64,000 nt of DNA from Octopus sinensis (lineage: Eukaryota): assembly GCF_006345805.1 (NCBI RefSeq), contig NC_043008.1, forward strand, positions 45,508,001 to 45,572,000, given 5' to 3'. A model generated the notes under the pieces. It saw only the letters and a list, made by a program, of their open reading frames with translations, searched no databases and was not told the DNA's origin. Shown piece by piece: positions 39,144 to 54,829 of the stretch (its first letter is position 1; each line of letters opens with the position of its first letter). A program made the position numbers and the translations under genes.

Positions 39144-40661
39144 AATCCTTATCCTTAAATCCTTAAAAATGTTTTAGCCCGAAGGCCGCGGCCATGCTGG
39201 GGCACCACCGCTGAATGAGCACACTAGTTTGTGAATCCACCTCTGATACGTGGCACTTGATCAACAAGGGAGTTCGATGCTGCTGCCCGCATCCGCGTCT
39301 CCTGTCGTGAGGTAGGCTCATCTGGGACTCCCAACAGAAGAGATCCAGTTTAGTGTTTAAAGAAACCCACATCCACACCATGTAAGTTCTCTCAGGCATT
39401 TAGGGGGGGGGGTGTTAAAGAGCTGTGGTCCTCTGAACCAAAGCTGTTGCAGTATCTGGACCTGTATTTTGATGGTGATGTTGGAATCCTTGGCACCACG
39501 CAGCGGCGCCCCGTTCTGCGGTTGGAGTAACTTTGAATGCCAAAGTTTGGGACAAGACCCTCCAGGATTTTCCAGATGTATATCACTGCATATCTCTCCC
39601 GCCTCCGCTCCAGGGAGAAGAGGTTTAATACCTTCAGTCTTTCCCAGTAGCTGATATTTTGCATTGAGACGAGTTTCTTTGTGTAGCTTCTCTGAATTGC
39701 TTCGAGTTCTGCTGTTAGTTTTATATTGTGTGGTGACCAAAGTTGGGAGCAGTAGTCCAAGCGGCTGAGGACGAATGTTTTCCATAGGACCATCACTGTC
39801 TCCTTCTCTCTTGTTCTGAAAGTACGGAGAATCCATCCAGCTAGCCGTCTGCATTTTATCACCAGATTAGCAATATGCATTTGGAAAGATGCATCATTGC
39901 TCATGTGAATGCCCAGGTCACGCACCGATTTTGACTCAGGGATTGCAATTCTTATTGGGCCAGTGTATCCAATCTTCACGTCATTTACCTTTGTGTGCCA
40001 ATAGCGCAGGGCCTGGAACTTACCTGCATTAAACTGCATGTTGTTGTCCTCAGCCCACCTGTATATTGTGTCCAGCTCATGTTGCAGATGCGCAATATTT
40101 TCAGGGTTTTGTATTGCGTGGGAGACTTTTGTGTCATCTGCATAGCTAGCAAGGGTGGTCATCGTAGCAACTGAAGGCATGTCTGAAAGGGCCGCTATGA
40201 ACATCAGTGGCCCCAAGACAGTGCCCTGTGGGACACCGCTTGTTATTTGCGTTTCCTTGGAGGTGGCTCCATTGCTCGCAACTGCCTGTTTTCTGTCTTT
40301 TAGGAAGTTGTGCAGCCACTCTCCAAGTTTTCCGCCTATGTCAAGACCACATAGTTTGTGACAGATCATACGATGATCGACTTTATAAAAGGCTTTTGCA
40401 AAGTCGAGATATATTACCTAGTCGAAATCCATGCTGGGAGTCAGAGAGCAAGAACTATTTGCTCCATGGAAGAGGCATTTGTGAGATGGAGCAGGGACTC
40501 CACCTGTGCCTGCTGATGGTATGTCATCCCTGGGAGCATCTGCCCCCCAGGCCATTCCACATTGGGGAGGTTAAAGTCACCCATGAAGAATACACTGTTG
40601 TGCTGTTCAAGGTTGGTGAGGACTTCTATTTTTGTTAGGCAGTCTTCAAACATGCCTGAGT
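39144..40661 (-). mobile_element. LINE family B with two internal deletions
   Basis: RT ORF 39392-40369 and APE piece 40453-40660. Junctions at about 40417 and 40452 relative to the 41590 copy. Tail is (AAGGAT)n. Confidence 0.92.
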
Positions 40662-40664
40662 ATG

Positions 40665-40762
<98 letters not shown>

Positions 40763-40840
40763 CATATATATATACATACATTATATATATATACATATAT
40801 ATATATATGTATATATATTATATTATATATATATTTATAC

Positions 40841-40871
<31 letters not shown>

Positions 40872-41042
40872 CATATATACATATATATATATATATACAT
40901 ATGTATATATATATATATACATATATATATACATATATACATATATATATACATATATATATATATACCTATATATATACATATATATATATACATATAT
41001 ATATACATATACATCTATATATATATACATATATATATATAC

Positions 41043-41073
<31 letters not shown>

Positions 41074-41490
41074 CATATATATATACGTATATATATACAT
41101 ATATATATATACATATATATATATATAATACATATATATATATAATATATATATATATATATAATATATATATATATATATACACACACCTATATATATA
41201 TAGATATATATATAGATAGATTATATATAGATATATATATAGATAGATAGATTTATATATATATGTATATATAGATATAGATATATAGATATATATATAT
41301 AGCTATATAGATATATATAGATATATGTATATATAGAAATATATATACATATAGGTATATATATATATAGATATATACCTATATGTATATATATTATATA
41401 TATACATAACTACATATACACATATATGTATATATATTCATATAATATATACATATGTACGTATATATATGTATACATACATACATATGC

Positions 41491-41555
<65 letters not shown>

Positions 41556-41589
41556 TATATATAGATCATATATATATATATATATATAT

Positions 41590-44225
41590 ATCCTTAATCC
41601 TTAAACTCCTAAAAAATGTTCTATCCCGAGGGCCGCGGCCATGCTGGGCACCACCGCTGAATGAGCTACACTAGTTTGTGAATCCACCTCTGATACGTGG
41701 CACTTGATCAACAAGGGAGTTCGATACTGCTGCCCGCATCCGAGTCTCCTGTCGTGAGGTAGTTTCATCTGGGACTCCCAACAAGAAGAGATCTAGTTTA
41801 GTTTTAAAGAAACTCACATCCACACCATGTAAGTCTCTCAGGCATTTAGGAAGGATGTTAAAGAGCTGTGGTTCTCTGAAACCCAAGCTGTTGCAGTATC
41901 TGGACCTGTATTTTGATGGTGATGTTGGAATCCTTGGCACCATGCAGTGGCGCCTCGTTCTGCGTTTGGGGTAACTTTGAATGCCAAAGTTTGGGACAAG
42001 ACCCTCCAGGATTTTCCAGATGTATATCACCGCATATCTCTCCCGACTCCGCTCTAGGGAGAAGAAGTTTAATACCTTCAGTCTTCCCCAGTAGCTGATA
42101 TATTGCATTGAGACGATTTTCTTTGTGTAGCTTCTCTGAATTGCTTTGAGTTCTGCTGTTAGTTTTATATTGTGTGGTGACCATAGCTGGGAGCAGTAGT
42201 CCAAGCGGCTGAGGACGAATGTTTTCCATAGGACCATCACTGTCTCCTTCTCTCTTGTTCTGAAAGTTCGGAGAATCCATCCAGATAGCTGTCTGCATTT
42301 TATCACCAGATTAGCAATATGCACTTGGAAAGATGCATCATTGCTCATTTGAATGCCCAGGTCACGCACCGATTTTGACTCAGGGATTGCAATTCTTATT
42401 GGGCCAGTGTATCCAGTCTTCACGTCATTTACCTTTGTGTGCCAGTAGCGCAGGGCCTGGAACTTACCTGCATTAAACTGCATGTTGTTGTCCTCAGCCC
42501 ACCTGTATATTGTGTCCAGCTCATGTTGAAGATGCGCAATATTTTGTATTGCGTGGGAGACTTTTGTGTCATCTGCATAGCTAGCAAGGGTGGTCATCGT
42601 AGCAACTGAAAGGGCCACTATGAACATCAGTGGCCCCAAGACAGTGCCCTGTGGGACACCGCTTGTTATTTGCGTTTCCTTGGAGGTGGCTCCATTGCTC
42701 ACAACTGCTTGTTTTCTGTCTTTTAGGAAGTTGTGCACCCACTCTCCAAGTTTTCCGCCTATGCCGAGACCACGCAGTTTGTAACAGATCATACCATGGT
42801 CGACTTTATCAAAGGCTTTTGTAAAGTCAAGTTATATTACATCCACATTTGAGCCATTTTGTAGCTTTTTCAACACCCAGTCATAGTGTTGCAGGAGCTG
42901 TGTTAGCCAGCCTCTACCTGGTCGAAATCCATGCTGGGTGTCAGAGAGCAAGTCATTTTCTTCAAGGAACATGATTAGTTTCTTACGGACTATTCATTCC
43001 ATGACTTTGCTGATGCGTGAGGTAAGAGTGATAGGCCTATAATTTTTAGCATCTGCTCTGCTACCTCCCTTATGGATAGGGCATATTACCCCCTCTTTCA
43101 ATTTGACTGGGAGCTTACCACTTGCAAGAAAGCTCTGAAAAAGAAGCTGTAGCGGTTTTGCAAGTGCTCGTTTGCACGATTTGAGAAGGATCGCTGGGAA
43201 TCCATCAGGTCCAGCAGCTGAGTTTGTGTCAATCTCATCTATGGCTAGTGTGATATCATCATCTCCGATGTTGATGTACTCAACTTTTGCCTCTTTGGCC
43301 GCAGGTAACGTGGCAACGAATTCTTCTGGGTTGTTTACTTGCCTGTGTCCTAGAGGTGTAGTGAACAGACTTTGGAACTGTTCGTTCAGTATTTCACTTA
43401 TCCTCGTGGGATTTCCTGTGAGAGAGCCATCTTTTTGGAAGAGAGGTCCTATTCTCTGGTGCACTGTGGCTGTCTCTTTGGCAAACTTAAAGAAAGCTTT
43501 AGGGTTTGATTTTATACTTTCTATTACCCAAGCTTCTTTATCTACTCTCTCCTTTTCATGGGACTGATGTAGACTTTTCTCAGTTTCCATTAGCATTCTT
43601 TCGAGCCGAGACTTCTCAGCACTTTTGGTGTGCTTGCTCAGGCGGTTCGCAAACCTTGTCCGTCGTCTCATAAGAATCCTCCTTTCTCTAGGGATCCTGT
43701 TTTTGTTCTTGTGTGTTCTGGCCCTGCACACTGGGACATATTTGTCACATATGGCTTGTATTATGGACATGAAGTGTTTGTGTTTCATGTTCCATACATA
43801 GACAGCTCTATTATGTTGTGATCCGAGATCTTTGTCGGCATCACATTAACATTATGGATAATATCCATATTGTTTGTGAAGTATAGCTCCAGTATATTAT
43901 CTGCCCTTGTTGGTTGCAGAACTATTTGCTCCATGAAAGAGGCATTTGTGAGATGGAGCAGGGACTCCACCTGTGCGTACTGATGGTGTGTCATCCCTGG
44001 GAGTTCTGCCCCCCCCCCCTGGCCATTCCACATTGGGGAGGTTAAAGTCACCCATGAAGAATACACTGTTGTGTTGTTCAAGGTTGGTGAGGACTTCTCC
44101 TATTTTTGTTAGGTAATCTTCAAACATGCCTGAGTGTTTTGAGGCAACTGGTGGGCGATATGTAGTGCACATGACGATATTCAGTTGTCTTATGTGTACA
44201 ATTTGAGTTTCACATACTGAGTTTT
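41590..44225 (-). mobile_element. LINE family B (partial APE + RT + 3' end)
   Basis: ORFs 43897-44172 (YRPP, GDFN), 43785-44081 (SDHN), 42994-43788 and 41671-42792 (GVPQG, YADD). Confidence 0.94.
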
Positions 44226-44250
44226 AATATACTGAGTTGATATAAATATA

Positions 44251-44298
<48 letters not shown>

Positions 44299-44914
44299 CA
44301 TATATAAACATATATGTATATATATAATATACATATGTACGTATATCGTAGTATACATACATACATATGCATATATATGTATGTATATATACATTTACAC
44401 ATATGTATATATATACACCTACATTTACATATATATATATACATATGTACGTATATATATGTATACATACATACACATGCATATATATGTATGTATATAT
44501 ATTAATAAATGAAATAAAACATATGCATATATATAAACATATATGTACGTACCTACCTCTACATGTACATATACACGCATATATGAGTACAGGACACCAA
44601 AGGGACGTCGAACACAAAGAGAAACGAAAACATAGACACAAACCAAAGGAACTGGACATTTTTTTAAAAACAACAAAAAATGGAGTACAGGACAATTAAC
44701 ACAACGAAAAAAAACCCTTCTCAGTCGCTAAGGTTTCATCTACTCTACGTTTCGAAGGATAAAAGCGAGACGTATCTTCGACAAGAAACTTTCCTTCCTG
44801 CGAAAAGCAAATCAATTAAAATTCTTAGATATTTCTGCAGAGGGGTAAAAAATGGTAAAAAAATGGTAAAAAAACAAGACATAAGTACGTATATATATGT
44901 ATACATACATATAT

Positions 44915-44993
<79 letters not shown>

Positions 44994-45049
44994 TATATGT
45001 ATGTAAATATATATATGTATATATAATATATATATATATATATGTTTAA

Positions 45050-46119
45050 ATACTGTCTTAGGTCCGCTACTCTTCATAATCTACATAAACGAACTTTCCA
45101 GTGTCGTACATTACTGCAAAGTGAAAATATTTGCTGATGACACCAAGCTCCAGTAAATGGTCAATAAAGAAGCGGACCGAACTCAACTCCAGTCTGATCT
45201 ATATGCTGTGAGTCAATGAGCAGACAGAAACAAAATGCAACTGAACGAGGGAAAATTGGAGCTGATGCATTTTGGAAGAAATTCCTCACTGAAACAGCCA
45301 TACTCTCTTCCTTCAGGGGAACTGCTCACAGCCTCTAACAACATCTGAGACCTAGGTGTAATTGTTGATGACGATCTCAGTTGGAGTGCATATATCAACA
45401 AGAAGGTCGATATAGCTCGTACAATGAGTTCCTGGATCTTAAGAACTTTCCGGTCCAGAGAACAAGGTGTCATCATATCACTTTTCTCCTCCTTTGTACG
45501 GTCACACCTCGAATACTGCTGCCCACTGTGGTCTCCCCATACAAGACAAAACATCTCGAGGATTGAATCACCCCAGAGAGCACTCACTAAACGAATTGAA
45601 GGCATGGCTGCTCTCGATTATTGGGATCGACTTAAAGCCTTGAAACTCTACCCTCTCCAGCGTCGCTGTGAGCAGTACATCATTTGTACGATGTGGAGAA
45701 TATACCGCCACCTTTGCCCAAACGACCTGAACATAAGCCTTCAAGGTCCAACCAAGACTGGGACGACGGGCTATACGTCCCCTGCCCAATTCAAGATCAC
45801 AGCATACATATACACTACAACATAATTTCTTTTCCTCAACAGGCCCTGCCCTATTTAAAATTGTCCCGAAAGAGATCAAAGAGGAAAAGGATCCCATCAA
45901 CTTTAAACGGAGTCTGGATAGATTCCTTCAAAGAATATCAGATAAGCCACCAATAATTGGATACAACTCACCCAACAAAAACTCGCTACTTGAATGGACC
46001 ATAAGCAAAACTTGACTTAAACAGGATTCAAATAATCCTATCAGGTGGTGCTATTAAGTTAGACATGGCCTGGACCAATCATTGGTCGAAACACATCTAA
46101 GTTTATCTAAGTCTAAGTT
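45050..46119 (+). mobile_element. LINE family C, 5'-truncated, with stops
   Basis: [45 protein letters not shown]. Tail is (TCTAAG)n-like, followed by (TA)n. Confidence 0.88.
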
Positions 46120-46490
46120 TATATATATATATATATTATATATATATATATATATATAGATATATATATATATATATATCAATGTAAGATCCAGAGATCG
46201 AGGCGTAGAAAGAAAATCAGATTCAGTCAATCCGTAGTAAAATAAAAAAACAAGTTTTAGGAACAATAGTTTACTTAGACGAAAGGTGTGAATCTTCTTA
46301 GCTGCAACACGTACCTCGTACTTTTGAATTTTATCAACGAATCCTTGACATGAAGTGTTCTTGGTGATATACACCACATTCGGATTTCAGAACTTCTGAG
46401 GTTCCACTCGATTTGAAACACACACACACACACACACACACACCACACACACACCACACACACACACACCACACACACACACACACACAC

Positions 46491-46529
<39 letters not shown>

Positions 46530-46532
<3 letters not shown>

Positions 46533-47140
46533 GTAATTATGCAGTACTTTTACTAGTTTCATCTTTTCTCCATGTTGCTATATGAAGATTTAGGTGTTTT
46601 AGAGTCGGTTCATGGCTGCTATTTTCAGCATTGTGGTATCTCGTTAATACCCTAAGTTATAATTTTAATAATTATTACCTTTGAACGTTATTTTTTCCAT
46701 TCTGACCACTTGATAAAATCGTTGTTTTATTTTAATTTAATTATCTTATTCTTATAAATATATTATATTTAACACACTATATATATAATATATATATATA
46801 CACCACACATACATATGTACAGCACATATATATAACACACACACACACACAAACACACAACACCACAACACACACACACCACACACAATATTATATATAT
46901 ATATATATATAGTAATTATGCAGTAACTTTTTACTAGTTTCATCTTTTCTCCATGTTGCTATATGAAGAATTTAGGTGGTTTTAGAGTCGGTTCATGGCT
47001 GCTATTTTCAGCATTGTGGTATCTCGTTAATACCCTAAGTTATAATTTTAATAATTATTACCTTTGAACGTTATTTTTTCCATTCTGACCACTTGATAAA
47101 ATCGTTGTTTTATTTTAATTTAATTATCTTATTCTTATAA
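46530..47140. repeat. Direct duplication of a ~230-bp unit (46530-46760 and 46909-47140)
   Basis: Both copies run tagtaattatgcagta...ttatcttattcttataaata and differ only by single-base indels. Confidence 0.85.
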
Positions 47141-47154
47141 ATATATATATATTT

Positions 47155-47197
<43 letters not shown>

Positions 47198-47383
47198 TAC
47201 ATATGTACAGGCACATATATATACACACACACACACACAAACATATATATACACACACATACATATATACATATATATATATACATATATATTATATATT
47301 TGGCATATACATAAACATACATATTCTTATATACATACATATATATATATATATAATATACATATATATATATGTACGAATGT

Positions 47384-47418
<35 letters not shown>

Positions 47419-47454
47419 GATATATATATTATATATATATACATATATATATAT

Positions 47455-47784
47455 ATGTACGTATGTACACACGTATATATATAGTTATATTAAATAATAA
47501 ATCTGAATGCATATAAATATGTATATATGAATGTATATATATGTACTCATGAATACCTGTGTACAGGTATATAAATATATTATATTTGTTTATAAACCTT
47601 TATGAATATTCAAATATATACTACAACCATACACACATACCCATATATGCATACACAACTGGACATATATGTGTAAGTATATATATATATGTATATATAT
47701 ACACATATAAACATATATATGTTTTAGACTTGAAAATTAAAGAACTATAAATTCTGATTCGGCAAAAGTATCCAACAAGTGGTA

Positions 47785-47821
<37 letters not shown>

Positions 47822-48219
47822 ATTATATATATATATATATATATATTATATAATATATATATATTATACATATATATATATATGTACGTATGTACACACG
47901 TATATATATAGTTATATTAAATAATAAATCTGAATGCATATAAATATGTATATATGAATATGTATATATATGTACTCATGAATACCTGTGTACAGGTATA
48001 TAAATATATTATATTTGTTTATAAACCTTTATGAATATTCAAATATATACATAACACATACACACATACCCATATATGCATACACAACTGGACATATATG
48101 TGTAAGTATATATATATATGTATATATATATACACATATAAACATATATATGTTTTAGACTTGAAAATTAAAGAACTATAAATTCTGATTCGGCAAAAGT
48201 ATCCAACAAGTGGTACTCC

Positions 48220-48251
<32 letters not shown>

Positions 48252-48258
48252 TTGCATA
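47455..48258. repeat. Direct duplication of a ~370-bp unit (47455-47825 and 47882-48258)
   Basis: Both copies run tgtacgtatgtacacacg...gacttgaaaattaaagaactataaattctgattcggcaaaagtatccaacaagtggtactcc(tc)n-tttgcat. Confidence 0.85.
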
Positions 48259-48281
48259 TATTATATATATATATATCTATA

Positions 48282-48313
<32 letters not shown>

Positions 48314-48339
48314 CATATATATGTATACATATAATACAT

Positions 48340-50411
48340 AAGCCTCTATACCGTTATCCCTCACCACGAAGGACTGCAGGCACTTCAGCACTTTCTCGAC
48401 CTCCGCTCCAACCCTGAACCTGACACCTCCACACTCATTCGTCTGGCCGAACTTGTCCTTACTCTTAACTGCTTCTCGTTCACGGGCGAGTTCTACCATC
48501 AGATCTCGGGAGTGGCCATGGGAACGCGAATGGGCCCCAACTATGCGAACCTGTTCGTTGGCTATGTTGAGGCCCAAATGTTCTCTAATTTCACTGGTCC
48601 CACTCCTGAACTATATGGTCGTTACATTGACGACATTATCGGTGCCACCTCACTCTCCCGTGAACATCTAGATTCCCTCCTCTCTTTCGTTCAATCTTTC
48701 CATCCAGCCCTCCACTTCACTTCCACTATCTCCAACACCTCTGTCTCCTTCCTCGACATTTCGGTTAGCATTCTTCACTCCACTCTTACCACCTCCATTC
48801 ACTACAATCACACAGACTCACACTCATACCTCAACTTCTCTTCCTCCCACCCAGAACACACCAAGCTTTCCATCCCCTATTCCCAATTCCTCCGTCTACG
48901 TAGGCTCTGTAGTGACGACCATGACTTTGAGACTCAGTCTCAACGTATGGCTCACCACTTCATCCTACGTGGATACCCCCTCACCACTATCCACACCGCC
49001 CTTGCCAGAGCACGTTCCGTGGACCGTGTATCTGCTCTCTCTCCCCGAACCCGCCCTGTAGTCTCCCGCCTCCCTTTGCCCCTCACTTACCACCCCACGA
49101 CCCTACCTCTCCAACGCACCATTCTTCGAGCTTTCCGTCATCTCCAGTCCGACCCGTCCACTTCACACCTCTTCCCTAACCGACCCCTCCCCTCTTTCAA
49201 ACGAGCCCATAACCTTCGAGACCTTTTGGTCCATAGCTCCTTCCCTGACCCTACCTCCCACCGCTCTCCCCTGCTCCCGCCCACGTGCCGCACTTGCCCT
49301 TACCTCTCCAAACCACCCTCCTTACTGGCACCCATCATCGACCCTATCGCATCATCAACTCCTTCACCTGCATCTCCAGCAATATTATCTATTGCGTCTC
49401 TTGCTCTCTCTGCCATTCCCTGTACATCGGACAAACGGCAAGCCGCTTGGCTGACCGGTTCGCGGAACACCTTCGTAACATCCGCCTTGCGAACGACACA
49501 CCGGTCTCACGCCATTTCCGCTCCACCGGTCACTCCTTGCAACACCTGTCTGTTTTCGGTTTGTCCTTACACAGAGGCCATCCGGATTCCCGTTTGCGCC
49601 GTGAACAGGAATTAATCTTCTCTCTTCGCTCTTATACGCCATTTGGTCTCAACTCTCCCCCCTCCTCATCTAACCCCCTCCCCCCTCCTCATCTAACACC
49701 CTCTCCCCCTCCTCGTCTAACCTCCCCCCACCCATACTTCTCTTCAGTCCTTCATCCTTTCACCCCTATTCCTCTTCCCTCTTTCTCCCTCCGTCCTTCT
49801 TCCTTCTTCCCCTTCCCTCTTCCTCTCTGCTCCCTCACTCCCCTTCTCTCACTCCCCCTCTCCCTCTACCTCCTCCTCCTCTCCTTCCTTCTCCCCATTC
49901 TCTCTCCTCCTCTTCTCCTCTCCTTCCCCCTCCTCTTCTCCCCCTTCTTTCTCCCCCCTCCCCATCTTCCCTCATCTCCTCTCTCTACACTACACCATAC
50001 GACTTTACACATCACATCATATATACATACACACGTCCAGACCTCTCATACGCACTAATACTCTCTCATACACACACACACACACACTCTTATGTTGGAG
50101 CGTGGTCATTTAACCCTATTATCTCCCCTAATTTCGCTCTTGCGTCTCAAGTTTGATCTTTGACTTCTGGCCGAAATCAGATCGCCATGTTGATTCGTTA
50201 GCCTCTGCACGCATTTTTTTTTCTCTCCTTCTTTCTGTGTTTTTTCTCTGTGTATCTTTCTGTTGAAGAGCGTAGGCTCGAAGCGTTTTATTTATATTTC
50301 CTGAGCGCCATACTAATACAATTGTTTGTTTGTATTCCACCTGCCTTCGTCTTTTATTTATTTCCTTAAACCTGCCTCGTCTTTTATCTATATTCATAAA
50401 GCTTCCCGTTA
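48340..50411 (+). mobile_element. Penelope-like element, 5'-truncated (RT + GIY-YIG + pLTR)
   Basis: SLYT.IPH, GVAMGTRMGPNYANLFVG, RYIDDI, VSFLDI, SIPYSQFLRLRRLCS, then NIIYCVSC..C..LYIGQTASRLADRFAEH. (TA)n lies on both sides. Confidence 0.95.
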
Positions 50412-50446
50412 TATACATATATATATATATATATATACATATATAC

Positions 50447-50477
<31 letters not shown>

Positions 50478-50671
50478 CAAATACATATATACATATACAT
50501 ATACATATACATACATATACATATATATACATATATATATACATATATATACAATACATATATATACATACATATGCATATACATATATACATATACACA
50601 ATATATATACATATATATATATAGACATATATATACATTATATAAGATATATATATATACATTATATAATA

Positions 50672-52194
50672 CTACTGCACTCTCTCCAAATAATGCCAAT
50701 CCATTGCCGAGATACTGCAGAAACAATACTGCTCGCTGTTTCAGCAATCCTGATATGGCCGATCTTGGCTGTATCAGTGATGTCAACCCCCAACACACTA
50801 TATCGGACATAACGTTTAGTGCCCCTGATGTCTTAGCGCCGATAAACGAAATAAAACCAATTCAGCAGTAGGCCCCGATAGGTTCCCTGCTTGTGTCCTG
50901 AAGGTGTGTCGACACCAACTTGCATCTCCCCTTGCTAATCTGTGGAGAAACTCACTGGATGCTGGCTTATATTCCAAAAAACCTTCTGTCCCAGTCTGTT
51001 GTCCCAGTTTTTCAAAAATGGAAACAAGTCCCTTGCAGGGAATTACCGTCCGATCTCACTCACCTCTCATATCATCAAGGTATTTGAGAGGGTGGTGAGA
51101 TCTCGAATAACCCAATTTCTGGAAAGCAACAGACGGCCGATCTCCAACCAACATGGTTCCGTATGGAAGGGACTGCCTAACGCAGCTCCTGCATCACTTT
51201 GAGGACATTTTGAGAGCTTTGGAGAGGGCTCCAACACCGATGTCATCTACCTTGATTTCAGTAAGGCCTTCGACAGGGTCGATCACAAGATCCTATTGAA
51301 AAAACTATCCAACATTGGTGTCTCTGGAAAGTTACTGAAATGGATCAAGTGTTTCCTGACAGACAAATCTCAACATGTTGTAGTTGAAGGGGGAAAATCA
51401 AGCCCAGCCAAAGTCAGTAGTGGCGTTCCGCAAGACACTGTGCTGGGCCCACTTCTTTTCATCATTTACATTAATGATATTAATGACATCATCAAGCACA
51501 GCAACATAAAAATCTTTGCAGATGACTCCAAGCTACAGAAGGTCATAATTAGGCGAGTGACCGGACATGCCTTCAGTCAGATCTACTGGCTGTTATCCAA
51601 TGGGCAGAAAAACAATATGCTGCTGAACGAGGATAATTGGAGCTAATCCACTTTGGAAAAGAGGATGCCCTGAAACTCCCATACTCCCTTCCTTCAGGTG
51701 AACTCTCTCGCGGCGTCCAACAACATCAGAGACTTGGGAGTAATTGTGGACAACAACATAAGCTGGGCCCTCATATAAACACCAAAGTTGACATGGCCCG
51801 CAGAATGTGTTTCCTGGATTCTCAGAACTTTCCAGTCGAGAGATATCCACACCATTATCCTTCTCTTCTCCACTTTTGCCGACCCCACCTTGAATACTGT
51901 TGTCCACTGTGGTCTCCCCACACAATACAAGGTATCATAAAAGTTGAAGCACCTCAAAGGGCAATCACCAAAAAGATAGATGGCATGACAGGCCTCGACT
52001 ATTGGGGTCGACTAGAAAAGCTAAAACTCTATTCTCTCCAACGTCGTCGTGAGCGCTACATCATCTGCGATGTGGAAAATATTCCATCAGCATTGCCCAA
52101 ATGATGTTGGCATCACCTTTAAGGTACATCCAAGGCTTGGGCCCCGTGCCATCCGCCCAAACAAAAATCGCACTCTCATCTCATAACAACAAGA
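50672..52194 (+). mobile_element. LINE family D (related to C), frameshifted RT, cut by the gap
   Basis: [73 protein letters not shown]. Confidence 0.9.
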
Positions 52195-52294
52195 NNNNNN
52201 NNNNNNNNNNNNNNNNNNNNNNNNNNNNNNNNNNNNNNNNNNNNNNNNNNNNNNNNNNNNNNNNNNNNNNNNNNNNNNNNNNNNNNNNNNNNNN
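52195..52294. other. Assembly gap (100 N)
   Basis: A run of exactly 100 N, a typical placeholder size. Different LINEs in opposite orientation lie on either side. Confidence 0.98.
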
Positions 52295-52700
52295 TTTCTA
52301 GCCTACGCTCCAGGAATATAGTTTTAATCTCTTGAGTCTTTCCCAGTAGCTTACATTCTGCATAGAGGCTATCTTCTTCGTGTAGCTACGCTGGATCGCC
52401 TCGATCTCTGTGATCAACTTGACACTGGATGGTGACCATAGCTGAGAGCAATAGTCAAAGTGGCTTAGGACAAGTGTCTTCCAGAGGACCATCATGGTTT
52501 CTTGTTCTTTTGTTCTAAATGTTCTGAGAATCCATCCGACCAGTCGTCTACATTTCATTGCCAGTTTAGCAACATGAACACGAAAGGTCGCGTCATCACT
52601 CATGTAAATACCCAGGTCACGCACTGATTGTGCCTCTGGGATTGCTATTCCTCCTGTCCAGTGTATTCATTGGGTATTGCATTTCTTTTGCATGCTGATA
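52295..52700 (-). mobile_element. LINE family A internal fragment
   Basis: ORF 52298-52624 RDLGIYMSDDATF...HFDYCSQLWSP. Confidence 0.9.
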
Positions 52701-52726
52701 TATATATATTAATACATATATACACG

Positions 52727-52762
<36 letters not shown>

Positions 52763-52943
52763 ATATATATCATATATATATATATATACATACATATATA
52801 TATATATATATTACATACATATATATATATATACACTATATATAATATATATATAGAACGTTATATATATATAACACACACATATATATATATATATAAG
52901 ATATATACACGTATATATATATATACGCGTATATATAATTATA

Positions 52944-52984
<41 letters not shown>

Positions 52985-53022
52985 CATATATATTATATAT
53001 ATATACATACATATATATATTT

Positions 53023-53263
53023 TTGATTGATTGATTGATTGATTGATTATAGTTTCAGCTTATGAGCTGTGGCCATGCTGGGGCACCGCCATTTTGTGTT
53101 GCTACTTGGTTTCACTTCATGGAGGCTTTCTAGCAACTGTTATTTGGTGCATGAGAGAGTTCGATGCAGCTGCCCTCATCTGCCGTGAAGTTGGTTCATC
53201 TGGGACACCTGACAGGAAGAGATCCAGCTTCATTTTAAAGACATCTGTATCCACCCCATGCAG
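53023..53263 (-). mobile_element. LINE family A 3'-terminal ~240 bp within (TA)n
   Basis: (TTGA)n tail, then the conserved 3' end and [16 protein letters not shown]. Confidence 0.9.
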
Positions 53264-53419
53264 ATATATATACATACATATATATATATACCTATATATA
53301 TATATATATACACGTATATATATATATATATAACATATATAACATATATTATATATTACACTTATATATATATATCTATATATATACATATATATACATA
53401 TATATATATATATATACAT

Positions 53420-53475
<56 letters not shown>

Positions 53476-53558
53476 ATATACATATATATATATATATACA
53501 TATATATATAACACATATTAATATATATACAATATATATATATATACAACACACACAC

Positions 53559-53591
<33 letters not shown>

Positions 53592-53611
53592 CACATATAT
53601 TTATATACATA

Positions 53612-53952
53612 AAGGGGTAAAGACCCCCTTCGGTCATGAATGCCCATGGAATTGGACCTAGAAAGTTACCCTCCTAGACACAAGTCCGGGCAAGGTTGTT
53701 TATGGAAGACCAGCAGTCGCCCTTGCATACCAGCCTCCCCTCTCCACGCCACCAGTGTTATCCAAGGGAAAGACAAAGGTCGATACAGCTCGGCACCAGT
53801 GACGTCGCAACTCATTTCTACAGCTGACTGAACTGGAGCAACGTGAAATAAAGTGTCTTGCTCAAGAACACAACACGCAGCCCGGTCCGGGATTCGAGCT
53901 CACAACCTCACGATCGTAAGCTCGACGCTCTAACCACTGAGCCATGCGCCTC
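53612..53952 (-). mobile_element. tRNA-derived SINE
   Basis: The - strand head is gaggcgcaTGGCTCAGTGGttagagcgtc...gagctcgaatcccggacc, with central gtgttcttgagcaagacacttt. The head is partly re-duplicated at 53957-53979. Confidence 0.85.
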
Positions 53953-53999
53953 ACTGACGCTCTAACCACTGAGCCATGCATATATATATGCATAATATA

Positions 54000-54043
<44 letters not shown>

Positions 54044-54281
54044 TTATTATATATATACACATATATATATACATATACACACATATATATATATATATAC
54101 ATATATATATACACATATATATACACACATATATATATACTATATATAATATTTCCCACATTATATATACACATATATATATATATATAAACATATATAT
54201 ACACATATATACACACATATATATATACACACATATATATATATATATATACACACAATATATATATATACATATACACAC

Positions 54282-54354
<73 letters not shown>

Positions 54355-54363
54355 TATATTAAT

Positions 54364-54701
54364 GGTGACCCCCTTCGGTCAGACACTGAACATGGGTTTG
54401 CACCTAGATAGTTACTCTCTGAGGCACAAGTCTGGGCAAGGTTGTCTCATGGAAGACGAGCAGTCGCCCATGCATACCAGCATCACCTCTCCACGTCACC
54501 GATGTTGTCCAAGGGAAAGGCAAGGGCCGATACAGCTTGGCACCTGTGACGTCGCAACTCATTTCTACAGCTGAGTGAACTGGAGCAACGTGAAATAAAG
54601 TGTCTTGCTCAAGAACGCAACACGCAGCCCGGTCCGGGATTCGAACTCACAACCTCACGATCGCAAGCTCGACGCTCTATCCACTGAGCCACGCGCCTTC
54701 A
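54364..54701 (-). mobile_element. Second copy of the 53612 SINE family
   Basis: Collinear with 53612-53952. Head gaaggcgcgtggctcagtgg...gagttcgaatccc. Confidence 0.85.
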
Positions 54702-54721
54702 CACACACACATATAATATAA

Positions 54722-54755
<34 letters not shown>

Positions 54756-54829
54756 CATATATATACGTATATATATATACATATATATACATATATATAT
54801 ACGTATATGTATATATTCACATATATATA

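Noticed and set aside
44740-44805. Hammerhead-like fold on the - strand (aagga/tcctt stem, GAAAC-GTA)
   Set aside because: The core reads CGCAGGA, too far from CUGANGA to call. Possibly a decayed copy.
46530-48258. Two adjacent direct duplications as a biological system
   Set aside because: Copies differ only by single-base indels and are bounded by microsatellites, so they may be slippage products or assembly artefacts.
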